A stretch of DNA of 33,240 nucleotides from Candidatus Spyradenecus faecavium (GCA_018713405.1 DVOR01000156.1:1-33240), one strand, 5' to 3'. Counted from the first letter of the stretch, positions 16,821-27,934 are shown. Program-made: numbers and translations. Notes: generated by a model not told the origin, from the sequence alone.

Positions 16821-18229
16821 GGCGTTCCTTTCTTGGCCGACGGGCGGTCGGCGAAAACACGGAAGGAGACTCCCTTCCACAGCGTGGCTCGGCCCAGCTC
16901 GGCCTGGCGCGGCTCCCACTGGGCGCCCTCGGGCACGAGCGTGATGTCGGCCTCCTCAAACCGCCCGTCGCAGGCCACGCGGGTCGCCGCCGTGCGCAGG
17001 GGCCACAGCAGCGTGGCGCAGGCCCCCGGGTCCTCCGAGAGGACGCGGATGCGCGCCTCGTGCGTGGCGGGGGCGTCGTGCGCCTGCAGCAGGAGCGCGA
17101 CGGCGGCCTTCTGCTCGGCGCGTTCGGGCGCGCTCTCCCAGGCCTCGCCCGCCGTGCGGTGGAGCCAGAAGGCCAGGAAGGCCAGGACCAGCGTGCCGAG
17201 CACGCCGCGGATCCACGCCTTGGGGATGGTGGAGAGCGCCACGCCGCCCATGAGCGGCGTCAGGCACGCCAGGGGCACGGCCAGCGCGCCCCCCTCGTCG
17301 AAGAAGAGCGACCCCGCCAGGCAGAGCGGGAAGGCCACGGCCATCAGGCGCGCCCAGCGGCGGTTGTTGCGCCAGCCGCCCCACACCGTCAGCCCCAGCC
17401 ACGCCAACGCCGCCAGGCCGCCCGCGCACAGCCAGACCAGTCTCCAGGCCGATTCGCGCAGCCACGTCCCCGGGGTGGTGGAGAACGTCGGCAACGTCAG
17501 CTCCCCGCCGGCCCAGCCCAACCACGCCAGCGCCCCCCACACCGCGGCCAGCGTCGCGGCCATCGCCGCCACGTGCGCCGTCCGCCAATAGAGGCACAGG
17601 CGCGTCCAGCCCACGCCCACGGCCATCGCCGGCGCCAACGCCAGCAAGGCCCAGGCCACGTTGGGGTCGACGGCCAGCCCCACGCCCACCAGTGCGCCGA
17701 AGGCCACCGCCGCCACGTAGGTCGGCCACTGCGCGTAGGCCCGCGCCGCCACCAGCAGCGCCAGGAAGGCGAAGGTCTGCCCCGCGAAGGGGTCGAAGAG
17801 AATGCCCGACCACACCAAGGCCGGCGACACCGCCGCGAAGGCCATTGCCCACAGCGGCCCGTCCGCCGTCTCGAAGACGCCGCCGCGCCGCCGCAGCCCC
17901 AGCGCCGGGATGGCCGCCAGGAAGAGCGCCGAGAGCGTCAGCCCGAAGATCCGGTAGCACCGCGCCGTCGGCGCACCCTCGTTCCCCTCGTGCAGGAAGC
18001 GCGCGCAGGCCGCCGCCGCGCACAGGAAGGGCGACGGCGCCTTCGCCACGCCCTCCGGCCACTGGCGCGCGTCCAGCCCCTCGCCCGCCGCCGCCGCGCC
18101 CAAGAGCGCGGGCGCCTCGCGCGGCAACGGCAGGGGCGCGTTCAGGTTCGGGGCGCGCAGCCACACGCCCACGGCCAGAATCGCCGCGAACGCCAAGACC
18201 TCGATTGCGATCAACCAAACTTTGCGCAT
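16817..18229 (-). CDS. Large polytopic membrane protein, possibly a GT-C (ArnT/PMT-like) glycosyltransferase, with a C-terminal soluble domain
   Basis: ATG at 18229 (MRKVWLIAIEVLAFAAILAVGVWLR...). About 10 or more hydrophobic helices, then ~110 soluble residues. The upstream 50 codons of the track ORF (…SLEVWKFGG…) are translated repeat array. The functional call is weak, based only on topology and operon context. Confidence 0.4.
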   Translation of the reverse strand: MRKVWLIAIEVLAFAAILAVGVWLRAPNLNAPLPLPREAPALLGAAAAGEGLDARQWPEGVAKAPSPFLCAAAACARFLHEGNEGAPTARCYRIFGLTLSALFLAAIPALGLRRRGGVFETADGPLWAMAFAAVSPALVWSGILFDPFAGQTFAFLALLVAARAYAQWPTYVAAVAFGALVGVGLAVDPNVAWALLALAPAMAVGVGWTRLCLYWRTAHVAAMAATLAAVWGALAWLGWAGGELTLPTFSTTPGTWLRESAWRLVWLCAGGLAALAWLGLTVWGGWRNNRRWARLMAVAFPLCLAGSLFFDEGGALAVPLACLTPLMGGVALSTIPKAWIRGVLGTLVLAFLAFWLHRTAGEAWESAPERAEQKAAVALLLQAHDAPATHEARIRVLSEDPGACATLLWPLRTAATRVACDGRFEEADITLVPEGAQWEPRQAELGRATLWKGVSFRVFADRPSAKKGTP

Positions 18230-18321
18230 AAGTGCCCACCATTTTACCAAACCCACGCCCCGGCGTGCCCATTGCTTTTTTGTAAGCGCCGCCCCTCCGC
18301 CCTCGCTCCGACCGGCCCCAA

Positions 18322-18488
18322 CCAAGCCTCCAAACTTCCAAACTTCCAAACTTCTCGAATGGGCCGCCAAGCGGCCCATTCGAAATAAGTGCTGATGATT
18401 TTCTGAAACCCTTAAGGGTTTGCCTCGAAACCCTTAGGGTTTTGGGTCGAACCCCTTAGGGTTTCGCCTCGAACCCTTTAGGGTTTCA
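18322..18488 (-). repeat. Composite repeat, copy 2 (inverted relative to copy 1): 8-nt array CCAAGCCT/CCAAACTT x4 (18322-18353), hairpin (18357-18381), four 22-nt-period palindromes (18403-18488)
   Basis: The reverse complement of 18403-18488 reads ...GAAACCCTAAAGGGTTCGAGGCGAAACCCTAAGGGGTTCGACCCAAAACCCTAAGGGTTTCGAGGCAAACCCTTAAGGGTTTCAG. From the second unit on this is almost base-for-base identical to 6061-6127. Hairpin is GAATGGGCCGC-caa-GCGGCCCATTC. Confidence 0.9.
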
Positions 18489-18548
18489 TCTCTGGCGCTT
18501 TTGGGAAAGCGGCCCGGGAAAGAGACGTGGCGCACCGCGACGGCCACG

Positions 18549-18577
18549 CCTCCAAGCCTCCAAACTTCCAAGCCTCC
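18549..18577. repeat. Additional 8-nt-unit array (CCTCCAAG CCTCCAAA CTTCCAAG CCTCC)
   Basis: Read directly. Same unit family as 18322-18353. Lies ~100 nt upstream of the gspK-like start. Confidence 0.8.
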
Positions 18578-18675
18578 GGCCGCCCCCTTGGGGGGGGCCG
18601 GGGTGCCTCCCCGGGGTCGCGCCTGAGGGTAGGCTATTTCCATCGGGGGGATTTTTTGGTATCGTAGTCGGAAAC

Positions 18676-19953
18676 ATGATTGTGAAAGGGACGCAACGCG
18701 CGCGCGGCGGGTTCGCCTTGGTCGCGGTGATCTGGACGGTGGCTGTGCTCAGCCTCCTGGTGTGTTCCTTTGCCATGGACGCCTACACCGAGGCGAAGTC
18801 GGCCGTCTACGTGCGCAGCCGCCACCAGGCGTCGGCGCTGGTGGACAGCGGGCTGACGCTGGCGGAGATGTTGATGGAGCGGCAGGACGGCGTCTCGGAG
18901 GAGGCAACGAAGGAGGACGCGGAGGAAGACCGCTGGATCGTCCCGGCCATCCGCCTGAAGCGGGGGCAGCGGGTGGAGATCTACCAGCGCCTCTACGCCG
19001 ACGAGGCCGGCCACCTGCAGTTCGCGGAGGACAGCGTGGAGAAGGGCGTGGGCGACCCGCCCGACGCGGAGATCTTCGTGGCCATCGAGCCCGAGCCCGC
19101 GCGCTGGAACATCAACAAGATCACCCACGCGGGCATGGGCGAGAAGGAGGCCGACGAGCTGTGGGCGCGTATCCTCCTTTGGGCAGGCGTGCCGGAGGAG
19201 GATTGGGACGAGCTGGTGGATTCCTTCTACGACTGGGTGGACGAGGATGACAACAAGGAGTCGGAGTACGGCGCGGAGGAGGAGTACTACGAGGCGTTGG
19301 AGCCGTCCTACCACTGCAAGAACGGCCCCCTGGACACGGTGGGCGAGCTGGCCTACATCCGCGGCTTCAGCCGGAACGGTGGCGTGCTCCTGAAGGGCGG
19401 CGTGTGGAATCCCGACGAGGAGCGGGCGCGCCAGATCACCGTCAAGGGCATCGAGCACCTCTTCACGACCTACGGCACGGGGAAGATCAACGTGAACGCC
19501 GCACCGCGCGACGTGCTCCTGACCGTGCCCTGCCTGGTGGAGAACCCGATGGAGGACGTGGAGACCTGGGACACCCTGACGGTGGACGCCATCCTCGAGG
19601 AGCGCGAGGGCCTGAACGCCGGCACGGCGGACGCCTCGGAGCGCGTGGCCCAGGAGTACAACTCCGCCGATGACAAGGCGGTGGCGGATTACCATTTCAA
19701 GGATATGTCGGACTTCCTGGCGCGAATCTCGGGCCTGACCCAGGAAGAGGTGAACCCTTACTTGACCGTGGATTGCGACGTCTACAAGCTGGAGCTGGAG
19801 GGGCGCGTGGGCAAGGTGCGCCGGCGCGTCACGGCGGTGGTGCAGCGCGGCGCCTCGGGCAGCGACTCGGCCGCGGCCGCGGGCTCGGGGAAGACGAGCG
19901 TCGGGACGGGTGGGAACGGATTGACCATCTTGCAGTGGCGGGAGGAGACCTAA
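18676..19953 (+). CDS. gspK: GspK-like minor pseudopilin (type II secretion / type IV pilus-like system)
   Basis: 425-aa ORF. N-terminal RGGFALVAVIWTVAVLSLLV hydrophobic segment typical of GspK. GKINVNAAPRDVLLTVPCL is a helix-hairpin-helix-like GspK signature. Confidence 0.7.
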   Translation: MIVKGTQRARGGFALVAVIWTVAVLSLLVCSFAMDAYTEAKSAVYVRSRHQASALVDSGLTLAEMLMERQDGVSEEATKEDAEEDRWIVPAIRLKRGQRVEIYQRLYADEAGHLQFAEDSVEKGVGDPPDAEIFVAIEPEPARWNINKITHAGMGEKEADELWARILLWAGVPEEDWDELVDSFYDWVDEDDNKESEYGAEEEYYEALEPSYHCKNGPLDTVGELAYIRGFSRNGGVLLKGGVWNPDEERARQITVKGIEHLFTTYGTGKINVNAAPRDVLLTVPCLVENPMEDVETWDTLTVDAILEEREGLNAGTADASERVAQEYNSADDKAVADYHFKDMSDFLARISGLTQEEVNPYLTVDCDVYKLELEGRVGKVRRRVTAVVQRGASGSDSAAAAGSGKTSVGTGGNGLTILQWREET

Positions 19954-19957
19954 AGGC

Positions 19958-21184
19958 ATGCCCAAGAAACGACAGAAGTTGCCGGACAGCCTGCCCTACG
20001 TGCCGACCTTCGACACGGTGTGCGCGCGCCTGTCCCTGCCCGCCGAGGCGCGGGAGACGCTGGACGACGCGGTGCGCCTGACGATGGAATCGCTGATGCC
20101 CTTCGAGGAGGAGGCCTACACCTATTCCTACGAGGTGGTGCGCGAGCGTCCCGAGGCGCTGGACGTCTTCGTGGCGGGCGCCGCGAACGAGACGCTGGCG
20201 CAGTGCGGCCACGACGCCCTGCGCGCGGTGGACGGCCTGGGCAAGGTGCGGCTGGACCTTTCGGCGCTGGGGTGGGCGCGGGGCGTGGCGGCGCGTTGGC
20301 CGCAGGTGGGCGAGGGGCTGCGCCCCGTGCTGGTGCGCGCCCCGAAGGAGACCGTCTTCCTGTTGCTCGCCGACGGCGCGCCGCTGGAGGTGCGTGGCTT
20401 CCCGCCGGACTCGGCGGACGAGGTGTTGGCCCACGCGATGACCCTGGCCCTGGTGCGCCTGGGCATGGAGGACGAATCCGCCGGCGCGGTGGGCCGCGGC
20501 CTCTGCCTGGCGGCCGAGCCGGCACAGGCCGAGCCGTTGCGCCAGGCCCTGGGCGGGGAGGTGGACTTCGAGCCGCTCGCCGACGCCGAGGCGCTGCTGC
20601 AGGCGGGGCTTCGGGCGCGGGCCGAGGAGGGCCGCGCGACCTTCGACCTCACCCCGCCGGCGTGGATCGCCGAGGCCAAGGCCCTGCGCCAGAAGCGCCT
20701 GCTGCTCCTCGGCGGGTCCGCCTTCGGCGTGGTGTGGCTGCTCTGCGCGCTGACGCTTTTCTTCCTGCCGCGCGTCTACGCCAAGATGGCCGCCGACGTG
20801 CGCGCCGAGCTGGACGCCCAGCACGCGGCCTATGAGGAGGTCATGGCCCTGCGCAACCAGCTGGACCTGGTGCGGGCCTACGGCGACCGCAGCCAATCCG
20901 CCCTCGAGATGCTCCTGCTCATCTGCAAGAGCAAGCAGCCCAACGTCATCCTCAAGTCCTTCACCTACGACCGAACGAAGGACAGCACCGTGCGCGTGAC
21001 GGGCCTGGCCGACACCACGGGCGACGTCTACGACCTCATCAACAAGCTGGAGGCCGACGAACGCATCGTGCGGGTGGACCGCGGCACGCAGGTGGCGTCG
21101 CTGGACCGCGCCACGGGGCGGCAGGCCTTCACCTTCACCCTGTATCTCCCCGTGCCCGAGGAAGAGGAGGAGGAGACCCGATGA
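19958..21184 (+). CDS. GspL-like / PilM-PilN-like bitopic assembly protein
   Basis: 408-aa ORF. About 250-aa cytoplasmic domain, a single TM (LLLLGGSAFGVVWLLCALTLFFL), a coiled coil and a small periplasmic alpha/beta domain. Call rests on position between the GspK-like and GspM-like genes and on topology, not on strong motifs. Confidence 0.55.
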   Translation: MPKKRQKLPDSLPYVPTFDTVCARLSLPAEARETLDDAVRLTMESLMPFEEEAYTYSYEVVRERPEALDVFVAGAANETLAQCGHDALRAVDGLGKVRLDLSALGWARGVAARWPQVGEGLRPVLVRAPKETVFLLLADGAPLEVRGFPPDSADEVLAHAMTLALVRLGMEDESAGAVGRGLCLAAEPAQAEPLRQALGGEVDFEPLADAEALLQAGLRARAEEGRATFDLTPPAWIAEAKALRQKRLLLLGGSAFGVVWLLCALTLFFLPRVYAKMAADVRAELDAQHAAYEEVMALRNQLDLVRAYGDRSQSALEMLLLICKSKQPNVILKSFTYDRTKDSTVRVTGLADTTGDVYDLINKLEADERIVRVDRGTQVASLDRATGRQAFTFTLYLPVPEEEEEETR

Positions 21185-21729
21185 CCGAGCGCGACAAGAA
21201 ACTCCTGGTGGTCTTCGCCTTCGTCGTGGCGTTGGGCGTGCTGGGCATCTGGCTGCCCAAGGCGCGCGTCGCCTGGGAGATGGCGCAGATGGACCTGGAG
21301 CGGAGCCGGACCCAGCTGGAGCGCGAGCGCGCCGTCGTGGCCCTGCGCCCCGTCATCGAGGAGCAGTACGGCCAGCTCCGCGCCACGATGCCCAGCTTCC
21401 CCGAGGGCGTCGCCCTCGACACCACCCACTGGCTGCCGCTGGTGGACAACCTCGCCACCGCCAACAACGTGAGCATCGTCCGCCGCGCCGTCGGCGCCGA
21501 GACCACCCACGGCACCGTCACCGAGCTGCCCATCCGCTGCACCGATTGGCAGGGCCGGCTGGATTCGCTCGTGGACTTCCTCTATCAGGTCGAGACCCAG
21601 CAGGGCGCGATGATGGACGTCCGCGCCATCACCGTCAGCCCTGACGCCAAGAACCCCGGCATGCTCAAGGGCACCTTTACCATCAATTGCGCCTACACGC
21701 GCCAAGCCGCCACCACCGACAAGGATTGA
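21181..21729 (+). CDS. GspM/PilO-like bitopic assembly protein
   Basis: 182-aa ORF. ATGA overlap with the upstream gene. N-terminal TM (LLVVFAFVVALGVLGIW), a coiled coil and a ferredoxin-like C-terminal domain. Call is topology- and context-based. Confidence 0.5.
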   Translation: MTERDKKLLVVFAFVVALGVLGIWLPKARVAWEMAQMDLERSRTQLERERAVVALRPVIEEQYGQLRATMPSFPEGVALDTTHWLPLVDNLATANNVSIVRRAVGAETTHGTVTELPIRCTDWQGRLDSLVDFLYQVETQQGAMMDVRAITVSPDAKNPGMLKGTFTINCAYTRQAATTDKD

Positions 21730-21731
21730 CC

Positions 21732-24506
21732 ATGCGCGACACCCCCCGTTCCCTTCTCCTCTTGCTGCTCCTGCTCTGCGTCGGCGTGGCGCAGGCGCAG
21801 ACGCGCGCGCCCTCCCTCACCGGCCGCCGCACCACCGCCCGCCAGGGCCAGCAGGCCGCCACCGCGGCCGCCGCCACCTCGTCCACCGAGGTCGCCAAGC
21901 AGCTCGCCCAGGCCGAGCGCGGCAAGGGCGGCCGCCCCAAGCTGAAGTTCGACAACGCCCCCGCCGAGCTCTTCCTGCAGATCTACTCCCAGGTCACCCA
22001 CCGCACCCTGCTCACCTCGCCCGACGTCCCCAAGGTCACCATGTCCCTCCGCTCCACCGATGAGGAGGAATGGACCGACGAGGAGTACCTCCAGGCCATC
22101 GAGCAGCAGCTCCAGCTCAACGGCATCGGCCTGATTCCCGTGGGCGAGCGCTTCGTCCTCGTCGTGCCCTTCAAGTCCATCGGCCAGCAGGGCATCGAGA
22201 CCTTCCTGGACATCCCCGAGGGCGGCCGCCACCCCGAGCAGGGCCAAATCGTCCGCCAGATACTCACCCCCAAGAACATCTCCGCCGAGGAGGCCCAGAA
22301 GGTCATCGAGAGCTTCAAGCGCCCCGACGGCCAGATCCAGTACCTCGAGCGCACCAACTCCCTCCTCGTCACCGACACCCAGGAAAACGTCAACCGCATG
22401 ATCGAGATCCTGGAGTTCATCGACAAGCCCCTCCCCGTCCTCGAGGAGGTCAACGTCTACCCCATCAAGTACGCCAAGGCCGCCGACATCAAGACCGCAC
22501 TCGAGGAGTTCGTCGCCGCCAGCCGCGAGCAGGACGAGACCACCAAGCGCACCACCGCCGCGCCCCGCCCCAGCAACTCCCTCAGCGGCGGCATGCGCCC
22601 CGGCGCCTCGCGCGTCCTCCCCGGCGTCACCCGCCCGCAGACCGCCCAGCCCGTGCCCGACTCCGCCATCGGCGACGCCCTCGTCTCCGACGCCGACCGC
22701 GGCATGATCCGCGGCAAGGTCCAGATCATGGCTGACGAGCGCTCCAACCAGCTCATCATCGTCACCCGCCCCTCCAACATGGCCTTCTTCGAGCGCATCA
22801 TCAAGGTCCTCGACATCGAGACCGCCCCCGAAATCGCCGTCGAGGTCATCCGCCTCAAGTACGCCCAGGCCGAGACCGAGGATTCGAACAAAGGCGTGGC
22901 CGACCTCCTCAACGAGCTCATCGACAACGCCTCCTCCTCCAAGGACGACGACAACAACACCCGCAACACCGCCAACCAGGCCGGCAACCAGAACCTCACC
23001 CGCCGCGCCCGCCAGGTCGAGGCCTCCCTCCCCGCCGCCACCAAATCCCGCATGGGCGAGCTCAAGAAGGAGAACATCAAAATCCTCGCCGACTCCCGCA
23101 TCAACGCCGTCATGGTCATGGCCTCCCCCGCCGACCTCGCCGCCATCAAGGAGATCATCGCCGCCATGGACGTCCCCGTCGCCCAGGTGCTCATCGAGAC
23201 CGTCGTGCTCAACGTCTCCCTCGGTGACAACTTGGCGACAGGCATGCAGTGGGTTAAACGTGTTTCTGGAGGAAGCAAGTATCGCGACTCATACGGTGGC
23301 GGTGGTGCTCCGTCAGGTGCGGGGGTAGGCCCCTCTAACCTCTTTGATGACTCGACGACGGATTATAAGAACACAGATGACGATGAGGGAAGTACGCAAG
23401 AATACACAGAAACTGTTCGGACGGTTGCAGAGAATATTGGTGCCATTAGCGGTGGTATGCAATATCTTGCCACTATCGACAAGCTCAATTTGGATTTCCT
23501 TATCTATGCTGCTTCTAGTGATACGCGGACACAAGTACTCACTTCGCCCGTCCTTATGACGCAGGACAATAAGGAAGCAACGCTGGAGAGTACAAGTCTG
23601 GCTTATCTCTACAACGGCATGAAGTACATGGGGTACTCTGGGTCGAGCTACAACTCTGGTTACCAACCTGACATCTCCCAAGAGGAAATTGGTCTGAACA
23701 TTACCGTCACGCCGCGTATCAATCCTGATGGCACCGTTGTCCTCGACTTTGAGGAGACTTTCCAGAATCTTGGTCCCGAGCAAGAAGTCCCGGGGTCCGG
23801 CGTGGATGGTGAGTCCTCCATGTGGCCGACGCCTGTGACTCGTAAGATTTCCGGTTCCGTCGCGGTAGACAATGGGCAGACGGTTGTTATTGGTGGTCTC
23901 GTTACCCAGAACCGTACGGAGTCCGAGGCGGGTATTCCCTTCTTGAAGGACATCCCGTGGATCGGTAAATATCTCTTCGGTTATACGGACTACTCTGATG
24001 AGCGCGATGAGTTGCTCGTCTTCCTTACGCCTTATGTCTTCCAGAATTCCGAGGAGGCCCAAGCCGAGGCTAAGCGCCGCAAGGACTATCTTGACGCTGC
24101 TGGTGTCTGGAACAAGGGGTGGTCCAACTCCGAGTTGGCCGATGTAATGGACGAGCAAGAGATGCTCCGTCGCGAGAAGCTGAAGCGCGCCTACGAGGAC
24201 AAACAGTTCACGGCCTCCCAGGAGCGCGTGAAGGCGCGGCGGGAGCATGACCGCAAGATGCTGGACTTGCTCGAGGACTCCATCCGCATCAAGAGCGAAG
24301 ACCTCGAGGACGAGCGCGAGGACCTCTCCCCGCGCGAAATCCGCGACCGCGAACGCGAGATCGCCAACGAACGGCAGATGCGCGACGCCCTCTACAGCGA
24401 GATTGAGGCGGACGGCGGCGCGGTGCCGGAGGAGGCGCCCGCGCCGGACCCCGACGCGGCGTTGTTGCGCCCCATGATCGTGATTGAGCCTCAAGAGGAG
24501 GAATAA
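21732..24506 (+). CDS. gspD: Secretin (GspD/PilQ family) with a long charged C-terminal tail
   Basis: ATG at 21732 gives the signal peptide MRDTPRSLLLLLLLLCVGVAQAQ. N-domains (…LVTDTQENVNRMIEILEFIDKP…, …LIIVTRPSNMAFFERIIKVLD…, …AVMVMASPADLAAIKEIIAAMD). Secretin domain VLIETVVLNVSL...VLTSPVLMTQDNKEATL...GQTVVIGGL...GIPFLKDIPWIGKYLF...LLVFLTPYV. About 150 aa of E/R/K/D-rich tail. Confidence 0.9.
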   Translation: MRDTPRSLLLLLLLLCVGVAQAQTRAPSLTGRRTTARQGQQAATAAAATSSTEVAKQLAQAERGKGGRPKLKFDNAPAELFLQIYSQVTHRTLLTSPDVPKVTMSLRSTDEEEWTDEEYLQAIEQQLQLNGIGLIPVGERFVLVVPFKSIGQQGIETFLDIPEGGRHPEQGQIVRQILTPKNISAEEAQKVIESFKRPDGQIQYLERTNSLLVTDTQENVNRMIEILEFIDKPLPVLEEVNVYPIKYAKAADIKTALEEFVAASREQDETTKRTTAAPRPSNSLSGGMRPGASRVLPGVTRPQTAQPVPDSAIGDALVSDADRGMIRGKVQIMADERSNQLIIVTRPSNMAFFERIIKVLDIETAPEIAVEVIRLKYAQAETEDSNKGVADLLNELIDNASSSKDDDNNTRNTANQAGNQNLTRRARQVEASLPAATKSRMGELKKENIKILADSRINAVMVMASPADLAAIKEIIAAMDVPVAQVLIETVVLNVSLGDNLATGMQWVKRVSGGSKYRDSYGGGGAPSGAGVGPSNLFDDSTTDYKNTDDDEGSTQEYTETVRTVAENIGAISGGMQYLATIDKLNLDFLIYAASSDTRTQVLTSPVLMTQDNKEATLESTSLAYLYNGMKYMGYSGSSYNSGYQPDISQEEIGLNITVTPRINPDGTVVLDFEETFQNLGPEQEVPGSGVDGESSMWPTPVTRKISGSVAVDNGQTVVIGGLVTQNRTESEAGIPFLKDIPWIGKYLFGYTDYSDERDELLVFLTPYVFQNSEEAQAEAKRRKDYLDAAGVWNKGWSNSELADVMDEQEMLRREKLKRAYEDKQFTASQERVKARREHDRKMLDLLEDSIRIKSEDLEDEREDLSPREIRDREREIANERQMRDALYSEIEADGGAVPEEAPAPDPDAALLRPMIVIEPQEEE

Positions 24507-24507
24507 G

Positions 24508-24972
24508 ATGGAATTGACCCAGGAACAGATTGAGCAGGTCCGCCGTTGGCTGGACGAAGGCGCCTCCCTCAGCGACGTGCAGGCGCGCATCCGCAGCGAG
24601 TTCGGCCTGCACCCCACCTTCTTCGACGTGCGGATGCTGGTGATGGACATCGGCGCGCAGGTCAAGGACAAGGTCGTCCAGGTCGACGCCGACGACGTCA
24701 CCAAGGCCAAGCTCCCGCCCAAGCCCGGCGCGGACGCCGCCCCCGCGGCCCCCGGCGCCGTCACCGTCACGGTCGACGCCATCCAGTCCGCCCCCGGCGT
24801 GCTCGTCTCCGGCTCCGTCACCTTCTCCGACGGCAACAAGGCCCGGTGGCTCTTCGACCAGATGGGCCGCTTCGGCCTCGAGCCCGAGCTCCCCGGCTAC
24901 CAGCCCTCCGCCGAGGACTTTCGCGCCTTCCAGACCCAGCTCCAGGCCGAGCTCTCCCAACGCGGCTACTGA
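24508..24972 (+). CDS. Hypothetical protein co-transcribed with the secretin
   Basis: ATG at 24508, 6 nt after GAGGAGG and 1 nt after the secretin stop. MELTQEQIEQVRRWLDEGASLSDVQARIRSEFGLHPTFFDVRMLVMDIG..., a P/A-rich linker, then a C-terminal ~70-aa domain. No signal peptide and no family recognised. Confidence 0.6.
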   Translation: MELTQEQIEQVRRWLDEGASLSDVQARIRSEFGLHPTFFDVRMLVMDIGAQVKDKVVQVDADDVTKAKLPPKPGADAAPAAPGAVTVTVDAIQSAPGVLVSGSVTFSDGNKARWLFDQMGRFGLEPELPGYQPSAEDFRAFQTQLQAELSQRGY

Positions 24973-25012
24973 TTGGAAGTTCGGAAGCTTGGAGGCTTGG
25001 ATGTTTGGCAAC
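24973..25012. repeat. 8-nt-unit tandem array, G-rich orientation (TTGGAAGT TCGGAAGC TTGGAGGC TTGGATGT TTGGCAAC)
   Basis: Read directly. Begins immediately after the stop at 24970-24972. Inverted relative to the array at 25200-25236. Confidence 0.85.
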
Positions 25013-25035
25013 GCCCTGACGGGCGACGGACAGAG

Positions 25036-27795
<2,760 letters not shown>

Positions 27796-27828
27796 GAGAA
27801 CAGAGAACAGAAAACAGAGAACAGAACG
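27796..27828. repeat. 7-nt tandem array GAGAACA x4.5 immediately after the ABC fusion stop codon; inverted relative to 26893-26920
   Basis: GAGAACA GAGAACA GAAAACA GAGAACA GAACG. The reverse complement of CCGTTCT is AGAACGG, against AGAACAG here (6 of 7 matches per unit). Confidence 0.9.
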
Positions 27829-27893
27829 CGCGCAAACGCGCGACAGGCCCCGCAAAAGCGCAAAAGACAACGTGGCTATCCCGCTTAGGCAAA

Positions 27894-27934
27894 GCCTCAG
27901 TGGGCCTCTGTGTATGCCTCCGTGACCCCCTGTG
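27894..27934. repeat. Degenerate ~10-12-nt tandem repeat (GCCTCAGTG / GCCTCTGTG / GCCTCCGTG / CCCCTGTG)
   Basis: Read directly in the intergenic region between convergent genes. Confidence 0.6.

Noticed and set aside
6043-18488. Composite transposon or genomic island delimited by the inverted repeats
   Set aside because: The enclosed genes have host-like GC and housekeeping functions. There is no transposase or integrase, and I could see no target-site duplication. The observation is kept as a finding, but not as a mobile-element call.
24973-25035. ATG at 24973 (MEVRKLGGLDVWQ...) as the start of the ABC fusion gene, and similarly ATG at 18379 (…SLEVWKFGG…) for the membrane protein
   Set aside because: These N-terminal extensions are simply translations of the 8-nt tandem arrays. 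Downstream ATGs (25036, 18229) give sensible signal-anchor or TM starts.
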